The notes under the pieces are model-generated. The model ran no database searches, was not told the origin of the DNA, and worked only from the letters and a program-made list of their open reading frames with translations. A program made the position numbers and the translations under genes. Shown here in pieces: positions 49,209 to 60,499 of a stretch of 64,000 nucleotides of DNA (the first letter of the stretch is position 1; each line of letters opens with the position of its first letter). This DNA comes from Raillietiella orientalis (taxonomy: Eukaryota), in assembly GCA_036172245.1 (NCBI GenBank), contig JAYWIR010000011.1, forward strand, positions 2,604,001-2,668,000, written 5' to 3'.

Positions 49209-49400
49209 CTCCCTGGTGTGACCGGGTGTCAACCAGTGCTGCACCCGAAGCCAACTGAGGTCAACCAGCGTCACCCTGCGGGAGAAATTCGAACCCGTAT
49301 CTGGGCATCGACCCCACCCCGGGTGGGATTCGAACTCGTGATGCTTGATGCCGCACGCGGAGGCCGCAGCCGCGCGGCCGCCAACGTGGGCAGCTGGGTC
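49209..49400 (-). mobile_element. SINE 5' half (tRNA-like head; split copy)
   Basis: Reverse complement TTGGCGGCCGCGCGGC...CTCCGCGTGCGGCATCAAGC...GAGTTCGAATCCCACC...GACGCTGGTTG matches 8035-8170. Confidence 0.75.
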
Positions 49401-51399
49401 CTTGGTGCGCCTACTGCCACGTCCCCTGGTTCCAGGAGAAGAGGCAGTGAACAAGGAATCACCAGAGCCGACTCTTCTTGCTGGACTTGCTCTCTGCGAG
49501 GCGTGGTCCTCTGAACTGGTGCCTGCCGGGAACCGGTGCTCCACATCCTCGGTGCCCGCTTCCTTTTCTAGGTGGGTTCGATGCCCATCCACTTCCCCGT
49601 TCTGGCCCACGGGGGTTGACAGGCCACATTGGAGACAGGACCTCATTCTTCTCTTCAGTGACCAGCAAGTGGTCAAGCAGCGCAAGAAGGAGAAACAGCA
49701 TGCAGGGTGACCGGATGAGATCCTCCCATCCACTGTCGAACCTTCGAAATGATTCTTGCGTCATCCTTACGTCTTCCGAAAGCCCCTGACGTCCATCCTG
49801 AGGTGTCTGCTCCTTACGATTCGCGCGCGGTGCTGAGCAAACCGTCCTCCGTGACATGTAGCAGCTGTGACTCCGAGGCGCTTGCCGCCTGAAGGGGTCG
49901 GAGCGCGGTATTTCCATTCCACTCCCTTGCGGGCCGCGCGGAATTCATCTCTTGGGTCTTGAGACCCAGTTTCCCCCCGCGGCGAAGCCCCGTGAAAGAA
50001 TACAGGAAGAGGAAATATCCGGTTTTCGTTCTGGTTATTTCCCAGAGTCTTCTTGAATTGGAGCGACCCAAGAGAGATTCAGGCGCTCCCGGATTTGTCC
50101 TCTGGTCTCCTTGACCTTGCCCGCACGCGACTCTCCTTCCTTGCGCAAGGGACGCTCCCGGGCTCTTTGTCGAGGAACAGCAGCAGCAGCATCCTTCAAG
50201 TTCCCTTCCTGGACTCGCAGGGTTTCGGCCACATCTCGGCGCGGCTTGATTCGAGCCCGCCCGCTGTCCAAACCTGCGCTGCAGGAGATGCTGAATACAC
50301 TGGAGGATCTTCGCACGTCTTTGAAGATTATATCTGCATCCTTGCTCGTGTGTCCACCTCCGCACTCCTCCTGATAGATGGCGCGGATCTGTGCGCGGTG
50401 CATTCCAAAGTGAAGAAACTTCAAATATCCTCAAAAGACAGCAGAGCCAGGGATCGGGGTGGTGCTGAGGAGAGCACGGAAGACCCATCGGGGTCTTTCG
50501 TCTCGAAGAACCGAAAATTAGGGGAGAAAACAAACAGACTGCACTCCCCCCCCCCCCGACTCTCTTCACAGTTCTGGGGGGAAACGCAGCTGGAGGATCG
50601 GACTCCTCTGCCGTGGTACGTGCTCAGAGAGAGACCACCGGTATCATGGCAGTGACACCGGGGCATTCCTACTCCCAAGTGTGCAGAGGCAGCGCTGGCT
50701 CCGAAGTGGGTGAGCATCTGCTTCTGCATCGGCTGGGAAGAGCCTCCCCCTCGGAGATGAATCGAGACCGAAAGAAGTGGGCCGGTTCTTCCGCGACGTG
50801 GCCTTGGCCACGCAGATGCTGCCCTGCCCCGAAGGAAAGCGGTGGTTGCGGCAGCCAGCTGGAAGGGTGAGATCCCTGCGAAGGCTCACGTGGACCTCTT
50901 CGGCTGTCCTCCGCCCTCCCGACGGGGATGGCAGCAGCGGTCCAGATGCAGAGGGGCGTGGCTTCCCAGATTGCCCGGACTGTACATTGTACCAATGTAC
51001 CAATCGCCTCGGGGTTGTCGCGGCCCGAACTGGTCTCCTGGGGTGCCAGGGATGGGGGCCGGCTGGAGGGACCACTGAACTCTTCGGCGGAAGAACTGCT
51101 GCGCGCCAGGAGGAGTGTCCCCAGTGCCTTGGTGGTGGTCCAATCCTCATCCTCTTCTTCTTCTGCTCTTCTCTCTCCCTCCTCCTCCTGCCTCTCCACC
51201 TTTCCGGTTCCTCGGTGTGCCCCCTACCCAGGAGGAACAGAGAGCTGGCTAGCCCTCTCCGGTTCGAATCCTCAGCTTCCCGTGCCGAGACGGAACCGAG
51301 GAGGGGAAAGGAAGCGTTTGGTAACCTTTGGTAATCCCCCTTAGCGTTCTTTTTCACCCTCGGCGGCGAGAGGTGCGAGCAACGAATGCAGGAACTGTG

Positions 51400-52300
51400 A
51401 ACTGTGCGATCTAGACGTTGATCCGAAGAAGAGGATGGAGGCGTTCGGTAAACTGGAGAGCACAACGTCGCAGGCGGGAAGCGCAAATTTTGAGAATCTG
51501 CAGCAGCTTCCTGAAAGAGAGCTCCAGCGATGCAAGCAGGAATGCCAAGCTCGCAGCTCGCCGGGAGAGGAGAATGAGGGACTGCAGGCTGCTGCACTCA
51601 GGGGTTTCCAGATGCCCAAGAAGCGTTGGCGCGCGTGCGAGAGAGAGAGAGGGGGCAGGAGGAATTTGCTCCTCCCTGGCGCCGAAGCTGACCACTTCCA
51701 GGGAAAAGATCGAGGCTGCTCGTTGCATCCGGTAACCGGTAAACTGGGAGCAGGAGGCGGTGAGCACCGCCCCGATCCCTGGCAGGAACGGCAGGGACTC
51801 TTCCAGAGGACGAGGAGAGGCATGCAGGTTCGGTCCCGCTGCTGCTTTGCCACCTCTCCTCGCCCGAGGTGCTCGCCTCCAGCTTCCGTCTCCGGGCGGA
51901 CGGGTCGCCGCGTTTGCCAACGGCGCCGCCGCGTGTCTTCTCTCTCTCGAGTGCATCCTTGAGACGCTGCGTTCCCCCGCGGGAAGAAGCTCTCTGGTGT
52001 CCAGGAGTCCCTCACTGGGTGACCAAAACCACGGGGCGGAAAGGTGTGCACACGAGCGCACGCAGCGGCGCCGCGTGCGTACACGCCAGCCACGCAAAAG
52101 GGGAGCTCTGCTGACGCAAGGGGAAGGCGAGCTTCGCCGGGCGGCGACCACGAGACAGGCAGCCTACCGATTGTGCACCCCGAAAAAAGGAAGACATCCG
52201 TTTCCAGCGGAAACGTTGTCCCGGGCACGTCCCCCGTGCGCACGGTTGCTAGGAAGGAGGTTTTCGTTCCCTGCGGATGTGCTTTCGTCGTCTTCCGCTG
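51400..52300 (-). mobile_element. Decayed LINE RT/thumb fragment
   Basis: 'PLRQQSSPF' (GVPQGS-like) followed by 'LQSLILLS...LELSFRKLLQI'. Confidence 0.3.
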
Positions 52301-55300
52301 CACCAAGTCAAGGCGCCGTCAGCGTCCCCTGGAAGTCCCTGGGTGGTGGTGGGGTGATCCTTAGTCTGGCTTCCTCCGGCAATCCTGACGGTTTTTTCCC
52401 CCTTGCCTTAGACGAAGCCCCTCCGCCTAGCGTGTGTCAAGGGCAACATTTCGCGTCCCGAGGTTCTTCCTCCATCATCGGGTGGGTGCCGCCGCCACCG
52501 CCGACGCCGACGCTCGGTTAGCGATCGCTTCTATTTATAGCGCGCTCGCGCGTGCGCTCGGGAGAGTTCTCGAAGGGGCACCCGCAACAATGGATTCGGT
52601 AAAATGGCGCCGGGACGGAAGATGGAGGCGCTGCGCCGTCGATAAAAAATCTCTCGCCTCGATCCCTTCGCATCCCTCTCGAGAGGCACGCTGGAACCCG
52701 CTACCGCTTGGCGTGCTGCGCGCTGACGGATTCTCTTGGCATGCTACCTATTTCCCCGTCTCCGGAAAGACCACTTCTTTATACAAACAGCCAGTCATGA
52801 GCATCCCGAGTATTACTTGTAATCCATGCTTCAGCCGAATTTTCCCTAGCGACAGACAAATGCTTCCTGGGAAGTGATTGATGCATTTGCGAACGTTTAC
52901 AAAGCCGAGGCAGATCGGAAAGTTCAAACTGCACGTATAAATTTCTGCCTCGGCCACGAGGCCTGCGCATGCGCGCCGCCGCGAGCGCGCGCCGGCAGCG
53001 GAGGTGAACGCGGCAGAACGCTCGCGCGCGAGATGCAGCTGCAGCAGCAGCATCCCGCGCGCGCCCGCAGCCGCGCGGGATGCCAAGAAAAAACCCGGAG
53101 GTTGCTGAAATCCGCGTTTCGGTGGGATCGGATGATGCTGTTTTGTTGATGCTTCGTGAATTTACAGCCATCTCGAGTTCGAGTGAACTTGCGCTTGTAA
53201 AAGTTGTCCCCAGGACCTTGTTGATGATTCAAAAGGAGGAGGAGGAGGAGGAAAAAAAGAAAAAGAAAACGCATTTGTATGGAGATGCCTAATCACGTGG
53301 CTTATGTGGACATGCAGTAAGAAGCTGCATAAATCTGTTGGTTGTCCAGGTACATTTTACCGTGCATTGCAAGGTGATCGTTGATGTTTTTCACATTCAA
53401 AAAGTCTTAATGTAAAAATGTCGTCATACATCTTAGCTCTCAAACCTTACTATAAAGAATCTCGAACATTTCATCGATTTCCTCCTTCCTTTTTTATTTC
53501 GTTGCTTTCACTTAATTAGGATAGTTTTTTTTTCATTACCTTTTTTTTTTTTTTTTTCTGCATTACAAAGCACATTCAGTCCCTCGGTCTGCTACTACCA
53601 AACACATGCAATGTGGCAGCATGTCCCCCGCGGGAAGAAGTCATCTCTACCCACTATGGCCATCCACGTGTAAACTCATGTGTGTTGCACCCTCTCCTAC
53701 TTCCATGCCGAGAGTTTCCGGCACAGACGTTAAAATCGAGCTGCCGAAGACACCGGGAATCACATGTACTCCTGTGAAGCGGCTTCGCTGCTGCTTTATA
53801 TGAGTTCCTGGATTTGAAGCAGCAGCTCATTTCCTATACCCTTGGCAGATCTCAGGAAGTTTCAAGAGGGAAGCATAGCTATCCCCAAAGTTGCCCGCAA
53901 ACTGTGCGATTGCCCTTATGGGGCAGCCAGTTGGCTTTATCTCTTCATGTGTGCATCCTAAATGCTAACTGTACGTCAAGCTCGTGTGCAAAAAAAAAAT
54001 GATTTCCACTGCTTTTCACGTTGAACTCTTATGATTTTTTTTTTTCCTTTTCTCCTTCCCCGCAGGGATCTGACAATTAAAATATTTTGTTCAGCCCATG
54101 GCAACACTGGATACCACTAATGCGCGAAGTGACAGATCAAACCACCCCATTTAGAGGAACACGGTTAATTCTGAGTGTCAAGTGTACTTTAAATAAGCAT
54201 TGCGATCAGAATTTCATTCCCTTAAGAGCTTGAATAATGAAGTGGTTCTCCTTTTTTATGCTCCTTGGAATTTGCATTCTTTTTCTGAACTTAAGTTATG
54301 AGGGGCATTATTTATAACACTTCTCAAATAGAAATGAAGGATTCAGTTGTAGATACACTGCAACGCTTTTCATCTGTCATCTTTCATTTTCTACCCTCCT
54401 TCTATTTCTGAATATTCAGCAATGCTTCATGCCGAAATTATGTGAAATCAATTGCGAAGATGAACTGCTATCAAGTGGAATTCATAACCGTGCCATCGTT
54501 TTTCCTCTTCCATTATCTCGGTCCGCATGATTAATTTATAGTAAGTTGGATCGCGGTAAAAACAAATTCTTCTTTATCAGTTTCATCATCAGATGCGTGA
54601 CGTTTATCTCCTTGGACTTTTGACGGATTCCAGCTGATCAAGAGATTCGTAATTGTTGCACGCGCGCTTATTGAAACTCCTCTGTGGACGTTTTTTGTCC
54701 TCAGCGGCCATCATCCTTTTCGGGTGATGGCGGCGGCGGCAAACGGTCCTCCGCGGGCTTTTCTCCCTCACTGATGCGCGCGTCCACGTGCGCGCCGTCG
54801 CCATGGTGGAAAGCGCAGCCTAGCAACGGACCTCCTCAGAGACCCATTCATTGTTGGTGGCTTTCGCTCGCGCGCCGAGCAGCCCTCAGCGTCGCCGCAT
54901 GAGCGCTGCGCCTGCCTGCGGACGCGAGCCCCCCCGTTTGTTTCCCGTCCTGGAAGTCTGCTTCCTCCGACTCCTCCTCCGTTGCCTAGGTGCACCACCA
55001 TCCGGGGGACGTGTGGCGCGCGGTTCGGCTTCAGCCGCTCTACGGCAGAGGCAAACCCGGCTTGCTTGCCGCGGCGGAGGGCGAATCCCGCGAGCTGTTG
55101 GCCACAGTGCAGTCGCCTCCTCCGCCCGCCGGGGGGGGGGAGAAGGAGGAGGAACATCCTCGACGTTTCCAGGAGCCGCGGTCGAGCCTTACCAGATCCT
55201 CTCTTCCGGGAAAGCGGGTCCTCAGCAACCGGATTCGTCGTCCAGCGATTCAACAGGAGGTCGCCTTCGCGACGGATTTTCGGGATCGGCAGCGGCGAAG

Positions 55301-57619
55301 GGGAGAGGGAGGGACGACTCGAGAGGGGTGAGGAGGGAGGAAGCCCTTTCTCCACAGTCCCTTTTCCCCTCCCCCTCTCTCACTTTTCCTTGCCCTTGGA
55401 GATCATGTGATCTCGGGAGAGCCGGAACGCGCACGAGATCCCGTCCTCTCCTGGATGGCTTGTCACAGGCAAACAAACAGGGGCGGCAGGGGCTGAGACG
55501 AGGGCAATCGATCGATTAGAGATGAGGGGCCGACTCGGCCCGCGAGGGAGGGAGCAAGGTGCAGGTGCGGTGGCTGGCGGCAGCGGCGCGGGGTGGAGGC
55601 CCTTTGGCGGGCGTCTGGAGCGCACCGGATGGCGCCCGGACGGGCGAGCTGGCGGCGGCAGGAGTGTCGCGCGGGCGCCTCCGAGGCGGCTGGGCAAAGA
55701 GGCGCCGGTATGTCTGGGAGCGTCTGCGGGACCGCAGGGCGCGACGCGCACGGGTCGCCCTCTCCCTTCCCCTCTCTTTCCAGAAATTGCGACTTGCCTC
55801 CGAGGCGGCCGCCTCACCTCTTTCCTTCGGGTGGCTGCTCGTCCGCGCCCTTCCGGCGAGTTTACACCTCTACCCCCTGCGGGAGAAGCTCGGAGTGGTT
55901 CCGGACGGACCTTTTGGGGCACTGCTTTTAGACCAGCTTTCCAGGGACGCACCTCGAGGGGCCTGGCAGGGGCTATGCGGGCTGGTCCGCAACTCCCTCA
56001 GAGCCTCTCCGTTTCGAAGTGGCGCCACCGACCAAAGGGCGAGGATGGGGGGAGCGCCAACCGACCTCCGGGAGTGGGAGAGAGGAATCGCTTTCCCTTC
56101 CAAGACCGAGGGAGGAAGACTCCCGCCCTCTCGCGAGGCTGGGAGAGCCGCCCCCCGCCTGATACGCCACCCGACAGCAGCGCCGTTAGCGACGGTCTGT
56201 GCGCACTACCTCCCCCCTCCCTTGCGAAAATGGCCAGGGGGAAGGAGGAAGAGGACGGCTCTGTAGAAGGACCGTCTTGGAACAATGCGAAGGGGTCCTT
56301 TCGTTGCCGGATAACCCCTCAAAGGTAAGGGCCCTCGGGAGCTTCGTCCCGTGGGCCCTTAACCACCACGCCCCGCTTTCCAGACGGGCTCTTGGGGACA
56401 GGGCAGCCCTCTCGCCTCCTTCCTCCTTCCACCGCCTTCGAAGGGGTCATTCCCAAGCACCCTCAGTGCCTCCCCCCGAGCGGGACGAGGTCTCTCCGTC
56501 CTGTGGACGCCACGGCGCCAGCGGTGCCGGAGGGGGGGAGGAGGGGGCAGAGAGCGCGGATGGCGGCGCCTTTTCCCTGCGGATGGCTCTCGGACAGGGA
56601 ACTCCACCCCTCCGCAGGCCTGGCCTCGGGGGTTAGCAGGCGAGGCCACTTCCAACGGAAGGGTGGGGGCTCCTCCTCCTCCCGGTGCCTCTCCCGCCGG
56701 CCCCTCTGCCTCCTCAAGGGAGGGTCCTCTCCAGCTCTACCTCGGGAAGGACCGGTAGGCGCACGCCTTCCCTCCCCCGCCTTCCCGGACCCTTCGGTCC
56801 CGGAGGGCGCGCAGCCCTCGTCGGATTCCCAGGACTCTTCGAGAGCACAGGTGACTGAAAGGGGCGAAGAAGGGAGGAAAAAAGAGAACAAAAATCTCCA
56901 TGGAGATGGTGGTGGCTTCGCGCCGTGGGGAACGGCGAGCGCAAGACAGGATCGGTGGGAGTTCCCGGAGTTCCGCCCTTCTCCAGTGAGGAGGAGGAGG
57001 AGGGGGAAGAGAAAGGGGGTCGCCTCTCGCCAGTGCGCCCTCTTCCGAACCCTGCCTTCGCTCCTGCCCGCCTCTCTCCCCCTCGCGAGGCCGCGTCTCG
57101 GTCACTCCCGGAATCCGGAGAGGCGCCCCGGGATGAGGGGGAAATGCTCTGGGGAGGGCACGTTAGAGAGAGAGAAAAGGGGAGGGGAAGTAGGCAGGGC
57201 AGGCCGAGGCGAAGGGGAGAGGGAAATCCTCACGGGGGAGGGGCATTTTCGGGAGAAAGGGGTGGAGGGAGGTGCGAAAGCTGGGAAGCGCCTCCCCCCC
57301 TCCGGGAAGCGCAGCAAATCCCGGCCTTCGGGTTGCTCTGGGAGGACTGCCGCATCGGGCGTTGTGAACGCCCTACTGCTCAGGGGCTTCTCCCCTTAGA
57401 GAGGGAGCTGCTCAGGATGGCGAACTGACCGTATTCGCCTCGCTCCTGGGACTCCAGCCGGAGACGATCCCAGAACGCAACCCCGCGTGCTAATGAGGTG
57501 GGGGTCAGGGGAAAGAGGGTCTCCGGTTCCGGGTGGGCTTGGCCTTCTGGAAGAGGACATGGAGCAGAGTCAGATCCCCAGCTTTTACCATCGTCCGTGG
57601 AGAGAGTGGAAAGCGGGTG

Positions 57620-57760
57620 GATGAGGATGAGAAGAAGAAGAGGAGGAGAAACGGAAGGGAGAAGAAAGAGTAGAAGAAGATGGGAGGAGGATGAGGAAGA
57701 AAAGGCAGAGGAGGAAGGGAAGAGGAAGAGGGGAGGAGGAAAGGTAAGGGAGAACAAGGA
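57620..57760. repeat. Purine-rich low-complexity tract (GAA/GAG-like)
   Basis: Long near-pure G/A run read directly. Confidence 0.85.
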
Positions 57761-59439
57761 CGAGATGGCTCATCCCGAGACGCGCCCGCAGAAGGACGGC
57801 AGAGCGAACGAGGAGCGGAAGCAGGGAGTTGGAGGAGGTGCCTGCCTGAGCTCAGCAAGAGGAATGGGGAAGCAGGAAGGAGCCGAACTGTTCCTCCCCT
57901 CGTTCCGCCTTCCCTTGCCCCTCAATTCCCCCCAGAAGAGGCGGCAGCTCTTTGGTGAGGAGGCCGCGTCCTCCACCAGGAATTCGAGCCTTCCTCGAGC
58001 TTGCTTTCCGCGGCGCGTCCCTTTTCGGATGCAGCGCTTTCCCCTTCCCCTTGTCCTCCGGGATGTGCTCAGGGGCTCGCCCGCTCATTCCTTCGCCGCT
58101 ACCGCAGGGGGAAGGTTGGCGCCCTGGAATCGCCCCAAACCCGGCAGGTCGGGACCCACTGTCGCGCCACCTCCTCGAGCTGCTGCTGCCGCCGTCGCAG
58201 GCGCCTTTCTCCAGGAAGGTTCCCTGACGAGGGACGCTTCTGCGCAATCAAGTGGAGGGTGGGGGCAGATGCGCCCTCTGGCGAAAGCGGACGAGGGGCG
58301 CTCCGTCTTCTGCCCTGCTGGCTGCGAGAGCGGGGTTCTGGTCTCACGGAGAGCTTCGAGGTGGAGAGGCTCCTGGCGACCCGCGCGAGACTCGAGAGGG
58401 CAGGTCATTGGCACTGCCGTCAGGATTTCTCAATGGGGCGCCCGGGGGCCCTGGATCTCGGGTCATTCAGCAAAATCCTCGGGAACGGATGCTCCTTGGC
58501 GCGACGCAATGGGGACGAATGGAGGCTATGCCTGGGGGCCAAAGAGGTTGAGCGCGCGTCTCCCGTCTTGGATTCGGCGGGCCGCGAAGACGAGCTGGGT
58601 GCTTCCGTCCAGCAGCGCCACTTCCAGAGCTCCTTTTTCTTTCACCAGCGCCGTTGCGCTCGCGACTTCCGCCTTTTCCACAACCAATGAGAGCTGACGA
58701 TCGACATGGGGGCATCCACTACTAAGGATTGCATCCTGAATGGGGAGTCAGATCACCGCGTCTCTATCCCTGCTTGCCCCCATCCCCAAATGGGGTCCTC
58801 TCAGCAGAAATCAAAGGAAGACCTCGGCATTCTCCACTCTTCAACAAGCGCCTGGCGTAACAGCAGGTTTCATGCTTTCACCTTGAGACCGGCGGAGCCG
58901 CAGACTGGGGCCCCTTCGCCGTGGGACCTACGGACGCTCGGCCCATACGACCATCCTACAGGCTCCCGTTTGCCGCTGTCCACAACGATCCACCTGGGGA
59001 CCGCAGCAATGCCGGGAGCAACAGAGCCCGCGCCACCTCTCCGCGGTCCTGGACTGGAACACCTTTCCGCGATCCTGGTCTGGAACATTCCCCAGCCGGG
59101 CCGAGAAGAGGGCGCCCGCGAGGTGGCAGACGATGTCGCTTCTCCGCAGCTTCCCGAGACCAGGACCGTCTTTACCCTTCCTGCTTCCGGGGGATCGCTC
59201 GGAGGCGGAGGGCTGAGGCGGCCGCACACTCCGCTTTGAGCACTCAACTGGATGGACGTGGCTGCGCCCTTCCTTCTCGCCCTCACGCACCTCTTCCGTG
59301 GGACGTCGCTGTTGTCGGAATCGGTCTCCATCCTCTTTGTAGCAAGAGGAGGAAGAGGAGCTTCCAGCCGCTTTGTTCGAGGGGAGCTTTGGTCCGCGTG
59401 TCTCCCGTCCGCCGCTGCTGGAGAAGATGCGTTCCTCTG

Positions 59440-59662
59440 CTCCTTCCTCTTACCTTTGTTCCTTTCCTCTCCCCCTCCCTTCCTCTACATCACCTCCTCC
59501 CCCTCTCCTTCCACCTACATCCCCCTCCTTCCTTCCTTCCCTCTCTTCCTCCCCCTCCCCCTTCTTTCCATCACCGCCTCCTCTCGTTCTCTTCCTTTTC
59601 CCTCTTCCTTCATGCGCCCCTTCCCTTCCTTTCCTCTTCCTCCTCCTCCTTCCCCTCCCCCC
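59440..59662. repeat. Pyrimidine-rich low-complexity tract
   Basis: Long near-pure C/T run read directly. Confidence 0.85.
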
Positions 59663-59799
59663 TACGAGCTGCCTGCAGTGGAAGCGACTTTGGCGAGTCT
59701 CCGGCAAGCAGCCTCCGGCGGACTGGTCTCTGTCTGTCTTCTGCCTAGCCGAAGTGGAAGACGCATCCGCTGGAACTTCTCATCTGCCGGCTTTACCTG

Positions 59800-60450
59800 T
59801 TTGTTTGTCTTTTCTGGGAGTTGCCGGTGGGATTTGTGGGACGGAGGCTGAGGAAGCGGAGGGGCGGTCTCGCGCGTTTCCTTCCAGGGCCGCTGCGCAA
59901 TCTGCAGACTCGCTGCCGGAAGCGATCCGCGAGATCACTTCCGGGTGCCGCGAAGAGACGGAGCCTGCCCTCGGGAAGCGGAAGAAAAACAGGCCGCTCC
60001 CCCCTCTTTCCGGTTTGCGGGGCTTCCTCCTCCTCCCTCCTTTCCCGTCCCCACTTCGGGACGGCGGGAGTTTCCCTATCCCAAGATTCACCGTTCGCCG
60101 ACTGGAGGAACTTCCAGAGCCGTCCACGGGTGGGCGCGGACGGACCCCCCTCTCCCTCCTCCTCCGTGCATCGAGGGGTGTTCTGCTGCCCGCCCGTTCG
60201 ATCTGCCCTCTGTCCTCGTCCGCGGACTTCCGGGAACGCGCTCCTCCTCGCGGCTTCTTTCCCCTCCCTTTGCCACGTTCATACGACTGACCGTCGCCCG
60301 GGAGACTTTACAAAGAGACGCCGCCTCGTCCATTCGTCAAGGAGAGATCTGTCTGCTCGCCCTCCCCGCACAGAGAGTGCCTTACGCTATATGGGACGCA
60401 AATACCTCTTGTGCCTTTCGGGAACTCCGGAGGTCGGCAAGTGTTCCCGG
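59800..60450 (+). mobile_element. Decayed LINE RT fragment
   Basis: 'DWRNFQSRPRVGADGPPSPSSSVHRGV' (W..NFLS.R...V.DG..S...V..GV) and 'ESALRYMG' (KYLG-like). Confidence 0.5.
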
Positions 60451-60499
60451 TAGCCGCTCAGGAGCAAGACATTGCTTTATCCCGTTACATCACTTGACC

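Noticed and set aside
48015..49402. GACCCAG(C/T)T at both ends of the split SINE as a SINE TSD
   Set aside because: A similar GACCTGCT occurs at the 5' end of other copies, so it may be SINE sequence rather than a duplication; not relied upon.
50035..50424. 129-aa minus-strand ORF with protein-like composition
   Set aside because: No motif I can confidently assign; a Penelope or gag fragment is possible but needs an HMM search.
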